IMG/VR virus record: IMGVR_UViG_3300027732_000073
Location: 1 to 32,963 of that record
Origin: a virus
Lineage: Duplodnaviria > Caudoviricetes
DNA length: 32,963 nt
Direction: 5' to 3' (one strand)
The position numbers and the translations under genes were made by a program. The notes under the pieces were generated by a model, which saw only the letters and a program-made list of their open reading frames with translations, had not been told where the DNA came from and did no database searches. This document shows, piece after piece, positions 25,401 to 32,963 of the stretch; position 1 is the stretch's first letter; each line of letters opens with the position of its first letter.

Positions 25401-28400
25401 ACATGGACGTCTGTGTGTTATTTTGAAGGCGTGTTTGTGGCAGTGCGAAGCGGATCAACTGCAGGTGCATATTCTACAGACGGTGGTATCACATGGACAG
25501 CCAGTGTACTGCCTACTTCCAGCAATTGGATTGACGTAGTGGGAGGGTCTGTTGGCACTTCCTCATATATCATGGCAGTGGCCACAGGATCAACCGCAGC
25601 TGCATATTCTGTAGACCTAGGCAGTAACTGGACAGCGTCCACATTGCCTACCAGCACCACTTGGAACGCTGTGACCTTTGGCAACAGCAGATTCCTCACA
25701 GTGGCCAACAACACTGCGGTGGCCGCAGTCAGCACTAACGGCGTTGCTTGGAGTGCGGTGACATTACCTGCCTCAGGCACATGGAATGATCTTGTGTTTG
25801 GTGACGACACATTTGTTATTGTGGCCAACTCGGGTGGTTTTATTCTCACATCGTTCACTGGAGACACTGGATCCTTTACTGAACGTTCGGGTGCTAGTAC
25901 AGCGCAGTACGAAGGGATAGCGTTTTCTGCCTACAACAGTACAACTGATAAATTTGTAGCTGTGGGCACCAGTGCAGCACAGTATATAGTGCTGACTTCA
26001 GCCAATCATCAATTGGCATCGGGTCCATTTGTTGTGACAGCAGTACCCACTGCCACACGCCTGCAATATCCGGCACGATCAGCAGGTGCAATCAACACTG
26101 CCAGTGCTATCACTGGTGTGGTGTATGCAAGGCCTGACACATTTTTCACTCATAGACCTTTTGATGGTGGAGTTCAATTGGGCACCGGTGGACCTCAGCA
26201 TGCTTCACAGGCCATTAGACAAAGTAAAAAATACATTCGTTATCAGTCAGGCAAAGGCATGATGTATACCACAGGTGCATTGTTTGCACCCAGCTACAAT
26301 CTTGCCAGTCTCACTGCTGCCTCTGGCACTATCAACAGTATTATAACCATTACCACAGATGACACTGATCACGGCGCACAGGCCGGAGCTCAGATTGAAA
26401 TTATAGGTGTAGTGTCATTTGAATACAATGGTACCTTTACAGTGGAATCTGTGCTGTCAGCCAGAGCTTTCACTGTAAGAACTGCGGTACCTTTATCAAC
26501 GCTCAGTGCTGAATTGGGATCAGATGCCAGAATGTTGTGCAAAAATTGGCATGGCGCCACAGTGAAAGTGGGTGCGTTCGATGATCAAAACGGAATTTTT
26601 TATCAATATGACGGCATAGAAATGGCGTTGGTTCGTAGAAGCAGTACACAACAGCTGACAGGCACAGTAACTTGCAGTGTTGAAAGCAATGTGGTAATAG
26701 GCATCGGCACAAGATTTTTAGAACAAATCACCGCAGGCGACAAAATTGTACTACGCGGTATGACACACACTGTGACCAGCATCGATTCCAACACCAGTCT
26801 CACTATGAGTCCTGACTGGCGTGGAGCCAACACAGTAAATGGGGTCAAAATGTGTTTGACCACTGAATTGGTGATTCCTCAAAGTCAATGGAACATGGAC
26901 AAGGCCGACGGCACTGGCCCTTCTGGCTATGTGTTTGAACCAACTAGAATGCAGATGATCGGCATGCAATATTCTTGGTACGCAGCTGGTTTTATTGAAT
27001 ACATGATACGTGGAGCAGATGGTAAGTTTATTTTCTTACACAGAATACGAAACTCAAACGTCAATACTGAAGCTTATATGCGCACTGCCAACTTGCCAGT
27101 GCGCTACGAAGTGGAAAACGTTTCAGCCAAAGGCAAGTTGAAAAACACAATTTCCAACAGCAGCTCCAGCATTGTGTTAATCAATGCAGCTAAATTTCCA
27201 ACTGCTGGCACAGTGTACATTGACAATGAAATGATTTCGTACTCAAACAAGTCCGGTGATACCTTGACTGGTTGTACTAGAGCAGTGAGTTTGAACAATT
27301 TTGTTGCAGGATTGAATAGATCATTCACCGGCGGCCCTGCTGCTGCACACACAGCAGGCACTGGAGTGATTTTGATCAGTTGTATTCTTACTCCTGTGAT
27401 CAGCCATTGGGGTTCTGCACTGTTGACTGATGGATTATTTGACGAAGATCGAGGTTACATTTTCAGTTATGCAGCTAACGCAGTCAGTGTGACCACAACC
27501 AAACAGACTGCGTTCATGATTAGACTGGCTCCCAGCGTGAGCAATGCGTTGATTGGAGATTTGGGAGAAAGAGACCTGTTGAACAGAGCTCAACTGCTGT
27601 TGAAAAGTTTGGCAGTGGCCAGTGACACCGGCACAGGCAATCTCATTATTGAAGGTGTGCTGAATCCAAGGAATTACCCAGCCAACCCCAGTGACATTAT
27701 TTGGACTGGTCTTAGTAGTTCGGGAGCAGGCGGCCAGCCCAGCTTTACACAAATTGCGTTGGGTGGATCAATAAATTGGGGCGGTGTACCGTTGACCACA
27801 GCCGCAGCTCAGACCAGCGGTGTGGTCACATTGAACATTGCCACACCTGCACTAAGTTCGGGACTAGCCGGCACATTTATCAATAGTTTTAGAATTGATA
27901 GAAACACATTTATTATCACCACTGCATTGTATGATACCAGCTTCTTACAGATTGGTGACACATTGACTCAGGCAACGTACATGGTAAGCAACAGACGAAT
28001 TGTTAACCTGCAACGTGCCAATCTCAGTATCAGCGGCACGTCATACAGCACCATCACCATGAATGCCAATGCCAGTCAAAACAGTCCCGTCAACTCAGCC
28101 ATCACAGTGGGTGTCACAGTGCCACAAACTGCTGCCACCTATGCCAACACCAACTATTTGTTTTTTACCAATGCCAGTTGGAACAGTTCGGGAGCAGCAG
28201 TGGGAACTAGGGTAGACTCTACCACTACACAATTTCCAGCAGGCTCTTCAGTGTCAGCAGTGGTCACTAGACGTTTGGGAGCTACTACAGTTCGACGAGT
28301 GACATTCACACAAAATGCCAACACCACTATAGGAACAGGTGTTAGCATCACCTTTCAGTTCGGTGATGTGCAATTTGCACTGCCGGGAGAACAGGTATTT

Positions 28401-28592
28401 TCTTTTATCTCTAATCTAGGCAACACAAATGAATTAGATTTAGGAGAATTGAAAGAACTCACTACTACTGCAATTGGAGGTCGAGGAGCTTTCCCCAACG
28501 GTCCAGACGTGTTGGCAGTGAATATTTTTAAAGTTTCTGGCACCGCAGCTCAGACCAGCGTGATTCTCAGATGGGGTGAAGCACAGGCCTAA
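22440..28592 (+). CDS. Large (2050 aa) virion structural protein with one C-x-R-D helical module, three GG..P.ND repeats and a beta-propeller block
   Basis: TAAGGA Shine-Dalgarno; Thr/Gly/Ser/Ala-rich. Conserved-looking core blocks (LLITN...ILYNFADP; DAIERMRV..PQAMLDADFEYGLQPTKW; IRQSKKYIRYQSGKG; YSWYAAG; RTANLPVRYE; HWGS; RWGEAQA) resemble those of T4-like aquatic phage structural proteins. Confidence 0.8.
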   Translation: MAKKKLFNYVFEPGVSKDTNAFPQAHALLVGNKAFIQAQVVAFINYNVTNGIAPYVGYVYAPSKCVRDVGYFIDAIAHDLRYGGNVKIRQVADYFHINGNPMIRGDVTPEITGQQYIRDILNNFIFNNNPVTPDYGQTTVSQFTNLASGEQGAATRITSEFAILGNVITNGPTAMPAKVPGVSSLRLNGNYLPSEMLLITNTNTGEILYNFADPANTIAFEYKQGRSSGDGELLSDLDLPSWWQTTDTITTINMSTNTAALTVTTDLQIFVEEANTQIRPWDFGTDAIERMRVAAPQAMLDADFEYGLQPTKWQALGLLRSYPSFYEVPATDMSVNAITTDISATTGFFGSSLITVSSNGSHGFSVGTPITVKGLNGSVNGFSRAEGTFFVNAVINAATFNYYASAKVGVTSNESLFTSFVQIRQANFFTGAQIGSPTYSVSSNGSASLIASIFSSAATQSRIAYIGTAPTVGSPITGSAFIPAGTSVSALSGAAVITANAKVNITPTDTAIQLVSYTGVVAGMAFDNGSGSAIYINSIASGIANLSAQCGLTKQGADASYAGVTGTVVAATGSGATFDVSRSNGVYTVTDSQDSSSNGINYAQGDQILIEGNQLGGAIPANDIVITVGAIDSGGAIAGFTFTGTAITGGATYTAVSSTSTTSTLGAGATVTVIREGGSGAYTIGLANGGTDFVPGDTITWAGTSFGGATPANDIVLQVNGVTAGAVVDFEVVGTAIGDNGDATYTTPTTNNVANLGTAAVFTVESISSNYTALITNGGSGYKQGNRITVLGTALGGTSPLNDAELTVTNVTSGAIFAVSGQGTPFGGDSFDIYPSLTLSEVLTGVLPTATSLSVGAIATVQVDFASKHGLVPGATILANITSTPAPELAATLSSLPSSGTWVDVVGYDGTFIAVKSGSTESAVSFNGTSWTAGGTLGASTTWSSIAAGLVGGTVFWVAVATGGSQSSRSTNNGTTWTAASNLPSSGTWTSVCYFEGVFVAVRSGSTAGAYSTDGGITWTASVLPTSSNWIDVVGGSVGTSSYIMAVATGSTAAAYSVDLGSNWTASTLPTSTTWNAVTFGNSRFLTVANNTAVAAVSTNGVAWSAVTLPASGTWNDLVFGDDTFVIVANSGGFILTSFTGDTGSFTERSGASTAQYEGIAFSAYNSTTDKFVAVGTSAAQYIVLTSANHQLASGPFVVTAVPTATRLQYPARSAGAINTASAITGVVYARPDTFFTHRPFDGGVQLGTGGPQHASQAIRQSKKYIRYQSGKGMMYTTGALFAPSYNLASLTAASGTINSIITITTDDTDHGAQAGAQIEIIGVVSFEYNGTFTVESVLSARAFTVRTAVPLSTLSAELGSDARMLCKNWHGATVKVGAFDDQNGIFYQYDGIEMALVRRSSTQQLTGTVTCSVESNVVIGIGTRFLEQITAGDKIVLRGMTHTVTSIDSNTSLTMSPDWRGANTVNGVKMCLTTELVIPQSQWNMDKADGTGPSGYVFEPTRMQMIGMQYSWYAAGFIEYMIRGADGKFIFLHRIRNSNVNTEAYMRTANLPVRYEVENVSAKGKLKNTISNSSSSIVLINAAKFPTAGTVYIDNEMISYSNKSGDTLTGCTRAVSLNNFVAGLNRSFTGGPAAAHTAGTGVILISCILTPVISHWGSALLTDGLFDEDRGYIFSYAANAVSVTTTKQTAFMIRLAPSVSNALIGDLGERDLLNRAQLLLKSLAVASDTGTGNLIIEGVLNPRNYPANPSDIIWTGLSSSGAGGQPSFTQIALGGSINWGGVPLTTAAAQTSGVVTLNIATPALSSGLAGTFINSFRIDRNTFIITTALYDTSFLQIGDTLTQATYMVSNRRIVNLQRANLSISGTSYSTITMNANASQNSPVNSAITVGVTVPQTAATYANTNYLFFTNASWNSSGAAVGTRVDSTTTQFPAGSSVSAVVTRRLGATTVRRVTFTQNANTTIGTGVSITFQFGDVQFALPGEQVFSFISNLGNTNELDLGELKELTTTAIGGRGAFPNGPDVLAVNIFKVSGTAAQTSVILRWGEAQA

Positions 28593-28867
28593 GCAGCAGT
28601 GCTGCGTTGATGTGCAGCAAGTTTTCGATTAAGAGACTGTTTGAGTGACTTCACAGTGTCTCGATGGTCTGAAACTGCTGTGCCAACTCGACCGGTGATC
28701 AACATGTTTTCGTGGTCTCTGTCTATATAGGCCACATGCTCTTTGAATTGAATAAACAGTTTGATCAACTGATCTTTCAACACGGGTTCAGTAACAGCAC
28801 CTATTTGAGCAATGTAGCGTTCGCAGTCTGCTAGGTAAGCTGTGCTATTTTGTATTTTTGGAATCAT
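28589..28867 (-). CDS. Hypothetical protein (92 aa, helical)
   Basis: Last gene of the minus-strand operon. Its start overlaps the upstream gene by 23 nt and its stop overlaps the stop of the convergent 2050-aa gene. Confidence 0.6.
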   Translation of the reverse strand: MIPKIQNSTAYLADCERYIAQIGAVTEPVLKDQLIKLFIQFKEHVAYIDRDHENMLITGRVGTAVSDHRDTVKSLKQSLNRKLAAHQRSTAA

Positions 28868-29237
28868 TTTCTAGTACCAGTATAGTGTCAATTTTTGCTC
28901 TAATCAGCTGATTGTTCAATGTGGTCTTTAACCCACCATGCAGATTTTTAGGGAGACAATCAACATTTGCCCAACAGATTGTGTCACTGGCATCCGTTAA
29001 AAATTCTAGATCAGTGAGGCACACATATGTACCGTATTCAAATCCTCGATCTTCAGAAAGATACAGTTCAATGGGCAGTATCCTACCAACAGCGTATTTA
29101 GACATCAACTGTTCAGCATCTTCCAACAGTGTTGAATTTCTAGGAAATGTGGGCACAGTCCATTTTTGATCTTCAAGGATCAATAAGATTCTGCTAGTGG
29201 TTCTAGCAAGAAAAAGCAGTCCGGCACGTTGTTGCAT
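28845..29237 (-). CDS. Nudix-fold-like protein lacking the catalytic Nudix box
   Basis: AG.LF.A..T.RILL....W..P start, F.Y.TYVC middle and W.....LP..LH.G end are Nudix-fold-like, but there is no GX5EX7REUXEEXGU. Confidence 0.5.
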   Translation of the reverse strand: MQQRAGLLFLARTTSRILLILEDQKWTVPTFPRNSTLLEDAEQLMSKYAVGRILPIELYLSEDRGFEYGTYVCLTDLEFLTDASDTICWANVDCLPKNLHGGLKTTLNNQLIRAKIDTILVLENDSKNTK

Positions 29238-29241
29238 CTTG

Positions 29242-29249
29242 TACTTATA
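29242..29249 (-). promoter_or_regulatory. Putative late promoter variant TATAAGTA, 4 nt before the ATG of the Nudix-like gene
   Basis: 7/8 match to TATAAATA, overlapping the gp15-like stop codon. No Shine-Dalgarno is visible. Confidence 0.45.
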
Positions 29250-30885
29250 CAGGATCTAGATCAAACCTCCAGTATCCTGATGCATACTCTCCTTCAAAAC
29301 TTTTCATCCATTGACCATCACTGCCCCAACGATACTGTACTCCAGTTTTTAAATTTTGGAACAGTAGACTGATCCTGTCAAATTTATCATTGCTTTCTGG
29401 AATATCTGTGTTTTCAATCTGAGTGATATTGACATTGGCCTTGTAGGCCACCCCATCGTAGATCACAATCTGATTCACAGTATAGACTACAAGCGCCGCA
29501 GTAGAAGGACTAGGAGTAGATACCACCCATTCTGGCATGAGGTTGATCCAAGCTGTGCCACTCCATTCAATGATAGAATTAGCTATGATTACAGGATCGC
29601 TACCGTTGAGATTTTTCCAACCATCTGGACCGTCGTAGTTAAATGTGGGATTGAATGGAGGAGTATCCACCTGTGTGCCCACGTTTGAACTGTTGTTGAC
29701 GTCATCCAATACCAGATATCTTGTGCCTGCTACCAACGGTTGGTCCGCAGTTTCTTTGTTGGGGCGCTTGGGATTAAACTTGTAGGGATCCACTATGGCG
29801 TCTATGGTTGATCTACCACTAGGGTACACCGAACTTGTTATCACAGTGTTGGAAGGCTTGTCCTCTAGATTGACCAACAGTTGAGTGGGGTCGATTTCAT
29901 TGACCACGAACGTGCCGCCTAGTTCATTGCCATCTGCTTGTAAGAAAAATATTTTGCTGATGCCATTGATATAGCCACCATACAGCTCAATAATGGTATT
30001 CCAATTGATAGGGTCACCAGTTTTAGTTGGCGGTTCAAGTCCGTTGGCCAGCAAGACTTCATTGGGAGCCACTATGGAGACATCGTAGTCATTGGCTTGA
30101 TTGTTGTTGCTTTTCAACAACAGCACTCTAAAATTGCCATTTACATTTCTATCAGCTATGATACCGTTGCTTCCGCCATAGATCAAATCATCAAGTCCCA
30201 GTATTTCTCCAGTTTCACCAAACACATTTGCAATAATATTTCTAACCACACCAAGTTTTTTCACTTTCGCTGGCGGAGAAATGTATATGGGCATTTTAAA
30301 TTCCATTGAACAGATGTCTATTTCCGATTCATTGCCTTGTGGTATTGTTCTTGAACTGAAAGTTAGCATAGAGAGATCAATCACACTTAGACTGGTCCAG
30401 TCAATGTAGTTGTCTGTGGTTTGTATTTCTAGGCTGGGATTGAACAGAACCAAAATCTGTTCCATTAGTTGTAGTTTTTGATCAGTGTTTGAAGTCCATA
30501 TATCAGCTTTCATTGACAGCTTGAAAGGAGTAGGCATCAGTCTTTCCACTGTGTATCCTGCTCCTTGATAATTTTTATAGTTGATTTCACCGTCGGCATT
30601 GTCATAGGCACGTTCACTGATGTTGAGCTTGCTGACAAAACTGGCATCGGCCAGTCTAGAAGTGTCCAGCTCAAGTCCTGAAATATAACAGGCAATTTTT
30701 GGCACTGTACCCATCTTGTTTTCACTGTTGTCTTTGATTATACTGGCCACTTGTCTAGTAAGATCGCCATACATCACAGGAACATGGCGCAGAGTGTCAT
30801 CACCAGTTTTGTATTTAAATCCAATAAAGATTCGCATAAATTGTGTGACATATCGTCTTACCTGACCGTCGTAAAAATAGTCCAT
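29245..30885 (-). CDS. T4 gp15-like tail sheath stabiliser/tail terminator with a long C-terminal extension
   Basis: The N-terminal YFYDGQVRRYVTQF...VPVMYG...P.I...ISG...D..R and P.P..L....DIW.......Q.MEQIL..FNP match the gp15 family. Translationally coupled to gp14 (TAATG). Confidence 0.8.
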   Translation of the reverse strand: MDYFYDGQVRRYVTQFMRIFIGFKYKTGDDTLRHVPVMYGDLTRQVASIIKDNSENKMGTVPKIACYISGLELDTSRLADASFVSKLNISERAYDNADGEINYKNYQGAGYTVERLMPTPFKLSMKADIWTSNTDQKLQLMEQILVLFNPSLEIQTTDNYIDWTSLSVIDLSMLTFSSRTIPQGNESEIDICSMEFKMPIYISPPAKVKKLGVVRNIIANVFGETGEILGLDDLIYGGSNGIIADRNVNGNFRVLLLKSNNNQANDYDVSIVAPNEVLLANGLEPPTKTGDPINWNTIIELYGGYINGISKIFFLQADGNELGGTFVVNEIDPTQLLVNLEDKPSNTVITSSVYPSGRSTIDAIVDPYKFNPKRPNKETADQPLVAGTRYLVLDDVNNSSNVGTQVDTPPFNPTFNYDGPDGWKNLNGSDPVIIANSIIEWSGTAWINLMPEWVVSTPSPSTAALVVYTVNQIVIYDGVAYKANVNITQIENTDIPESNDKFDRISLLFQNLKTGVQYRWGSDGQWMKSFEGEYASGYWRFDLDPV

Positions 30886-32150
30886 TACTCATCCGCCTTG
30901 GGTCTAAGAGCCTTGCTGAGGCTTTGTTTTTGTTTGATTGTTTTACCATTCAACACAGACTCTGCATTGTTATTGATAAAAGTGGTTTTGTGTGTGAGTC
31001 GTATATCCTTGTCAAGGAACACATCATTAGGAGATCCACCTGCTGCCACATCTTCGGCACCCATGTTGCTCATGGTCATTCTAGTGACATCTTCTACTTT
31101 TACCCAGCGTGAGCCGTTGTATCGAAACAGACGTTTAGGTAAAAAATCATTGCGTAGACAAAATTGACCGATACTTGGCTGCAGAGGAAAACTAATGCCA
31201 GCTGAAAATGGTGCGCCGTTAGGAGGTATACCATCTCCGTCACCGATCATAGGTCCATTATATTCCGGACTTTGGTATATGGTACTGGCTGTGTTGCCAA
31301 CATATATTGGATCGTTGTTTTGGTCAAACAATAGATTGCCTTCAGCATCGGTGGCCTGTGTTTGGAAACTGGCCAATGACGTGGTCAATGATGCATCAAC
31401 TAATTCTACTCTGCCATTGGCATCTTTCTGAATCATGTAATGGCGAGTGGTATCGTAGCCACTCTTGGGCGCATCACTTTCTGCTTGATTCAACACTGCC
31501 TGAGTGATTTGCATTTCCTTTTCATAGGTGCTCATGATATCACGCAGTGATTGATCGCTGCCTTCTCCAGCTGCTCCGTCTAGAATTTCTTTGAATTCCT
31601 GGCTGTCTACTAGAGGTTTGCATTTTGCACGATATAGATGCGGGTACCACGTTACTGAAAATCCTTCAGCAGCTCTGCTGACTTCTTCTACCACAAAAAA
31701 ACGCTTCAGGGCAAATTGAAAATCATTGAGTGCATATTCATCTTTGAGATGCGGAAGTTCTATAACATCGCCAGATATTATTTTTCTACCTAGTTTTTCC
31801 ACTGTGTCATTGATATGAAATGTGATAAAAATTGTGTCATTTTGTAGGAATAAACCAAATTGGCTGAGGTTGAAATCTATGTCCTGCAGACTATATACCC
31901 CTCGCAATTGGTAAATGTCAGTGTCGTATTTACGATCTCTATTTTCTAAAAATAGCAGATCCTGTATGTTGCTAACACTGTTACCCACATAATTGGGTGT
32001 GGTAGGAGTGGCTTCTGTACTGCTTCCAGGGCCAATGTACTTGTGAACCAGCACGTCGGTGCCGCCCACTTGGAACATTTCCCAGGCAGTTTTATCTATA
32101 AATTTATAGTCGTTGCCTTTTTCGGGCCGATATAGTGAGAGTCTTGGCAT
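30885..32150 (-). CDS. T4 gp14-like neck/head-closure protein with a C-terminal extension (likely start MPRLSLY at 32150, or 32156)
   Basis: DLLFLENRDRKY...Y.LRG......LSQFGL....DT.FITF...GD.IELPH...F.V.EV...Y..KC resembles gp14, and the gene lies between gp13-like and gp15-like genes. The track start at 32192 overlaps gp13 and is unlikely. Confidence 0.7.
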   Translation of the reverse strand: MPRLSLYRPEKGNDYKFIDKTAWEMFQVGGTDVLVHKYIGPGSSTEATPTTPNYVGNSVSNIQDLLFLENRDRKYDTDIYQLRGVYSLQDIDFNLSQFGLFLQNDTIFITFHINDTVEKLGRKIISGDVIELPHLKDEYALNDFQFALKRFFVVEEVSRAAEGFSVTWYPHLYRAKCKPLVDSQEFKEILDGAAGEGSDQSLRDIMSTYEKEMQITQAVLNQAESDAPKSGYDTTRHYMIQKDANGRVELVDASLTTSLASFQTQATDAEGNLLFDQNNDPIYVGNTASTIYQSPEYNGPMIGDGDGIPPNGAPFSAGISFPLQPSIGQFCLRNDFLPKRLFRYNGSRWVKVEDVTRMTMSNMGAEDVAAGGSPNDVFLDKDIRLTHKTTFINNNAESVLNGKTIKQKQSLSKALRPKADE

Positions 32151-32157
32151 AGTCATA

Positions 32158-32169
32158 TATTTATAAATA
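32158..32169. promoter_or_regulatory. Palindromic pair of divergent T4-like late promoters (TATTTATAAATA)
   Basis: Perfect TATAAATA on + (32162-32169) and on - (32158-32165), within the 24-nt gap between the divergent gp14-like and gp13-like genes. Confidence 0.8.
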
Positions 32170-32174
32170 ACAGT

Positions 32175-32933
32175 ATGAGCCAAATTGATCAATCCAAACA
32201 GAGTGTTTTTGACTACTGTAGAACCATGCTGGGCGAAGGCATGATAGACGTAGAACTAGACCCTATACACTACGAAACTGCATTGAACCGCAGTCTAGGC
32301 GTTTTCCGCCAACGTTCAGACAATGCCGTGGAAGAAAGCTATATGTTTTTGACTCTTGAAAAAGACACCAACGACTATATCTTGCCCAAAGAAGTACAGC
32401 AGGTACGACAAATCTTCCGCAGAAGCATTGGTTCAAGAAGTGGCAACGGCTCAGGCGGCACAGTATTTGAGCCATTCAACATGGCCTATACCAACACCTA
32501 TTTGTTATCATCAACCAACATGGGCGGGCTGTTGACCTATGAATTGTTCAGCCAATATCAAGAACTAGTAGGTAAGATGTTTGGATCCTTTATTGGTTTC
32601 AATTGGCATCCACAGAGTCGCAAGCTGACCATACTACAACGTCCTCGTGGTTTTGAAGAAGTCATGATACAGGTATACAATACCAAACCTGATTTTGCCA
32701 TAATCGAAGACACCTATTCAGGCCAATGGATCAAGGACTATACCTTGGCTAACTGCAAAATGATGCTGGGCCAGGCACGTGAAAAGTTTGCGCAGATAGC
32801 AGGACCAGGCGGTGGGTCCAGTCTCAATGGAGCTGCCATGAAATCAGAAGCCACTGCTGATCTAGAGCGACTAACTAAAGAATTAGAAATGTTGGTCTCG
32901 GGTGGATTTGGTTATACATTCATAATTGGTTAA
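32175..32933 (+). CDS. T4 gp13-like neck protein (head-tail adaptor)
   Basis: Y....LG...IDVELD..H.E.AL.R.L at the N-terminus and WIKDY.LA..K..LG..R.KF..I..PGG...LNG.....EA at the C-terminus match the gp13 family. Confidence 0.85.
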   Translation: MSQIDQSKQSVFDYCRTMLGEGMIDVELDPIHYETALNRSLGVFRQRSDNAVEESYMFLTLEKDTNDYILPKEVQQVRQIFRRSIGSRSGNGSGGTVFEPFNMAYTNTYLLSSTNMGGLLTYELFSQYQELVGKMFGSFIGFNWHPQSRKLTILQRPRGFEEVMIQVYNTKPDFAIIEDTYSGQWIKDYTLANCKMMLGQAREKFAQIAGPGGGSSLNGAAMKSEATADLERLTKELEMLVSGGFGYTFIIG

Positions 32934-32963
32934 AAAAGTTTGACCTTACGGTAAATTTATAGT

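Noticed and set aside
382-28543. Numerous 60-165 aa ORFs antisense or out of frame within the long genes
   Set aside because: They lie entirely inside well-supported CDSs, lack ribosome-binding context, and are typical shadow ORFs of Thr/Gly/Ser/Ala-rich coding sequence.
32151-32192. Extended start of the gp14-like ORF
   Set aside because: It would overlap gp13 head-to-head and run through the promoter palindrome.
1-32963. Stop-codon reassignment (19 of 21 genes end in TAA)
   Set aside because: Multi-kilobase ORFs are intact under the standard bacterial code and two genes end in TAG, so this is only stop-codon bias.
1-32963. CRISPR array, tRNA/rRNA, intron, intein, transposase or integrase
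   Set aside because: No regularly spaced DNA repeats, no intergenic gap with a cloverleaf (the largest gap is ~100 nt), and no recognisable splicing or recombinase motifs by eye.
1-32963. Host assignment (cyanobacterial from the phycobiliprotein-like motif, or Bacteroidota from the D-S/T motif)
   Set aside because: No host-diagnostic gene is in the window. Regular GGAG/AGGA Shine-Dalgarno use argues against Bacteroidota, and the motif similarity alone does not establish a cyanophage.

Overview
This window is part of the virion-structure region of a large T4-like (myovirus-type) phage genome, probably from an uncultured aquatic phage; the host cannot be assigned from the sequence. There are about 21 real genes and coding density is very high. 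The + strand carries two paralogous giant fibre/baseplate-type proteins (one 5'-truncated >1320 aa, one 2777 aa) and two small fibre-associated genes. These are followed by three Cys/Gly-rich adhesin-like paralogues interleaved with two tail-assembly-chaperone-like paralogues, and a strong terminator. Next comes an enzyme cassette (GT9-like glycosyltransferase with an apparent 1-nt frameshift, two SGNH-like paralogues, a NodU/CmcH-type carbamoyltransferase), then two more small structural genes and a 2050-aa structural protein. The - strand carries T4 gp14-like and gp15-like genes, a degenerate Nudix-like gene and a small ORF. A gp13-like gene diverges from gp14 across a palindromic double T4-late promoter. 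The most striking observations are: (1) repeated helical modules in the giant virion proteins that resemble phycobiliprotein helices B-E and keep the chromophore-type C-x-R-D motif; (2) a candidate virion-decoration system coupling Cys-rich adhesins to GT/SGNH/carbamoyltransferase enzymes; (3) D-S-[S/T] motifs in loop insertions that may be modification sites. All family assignments come from motif recognition by eye, not from database searches.
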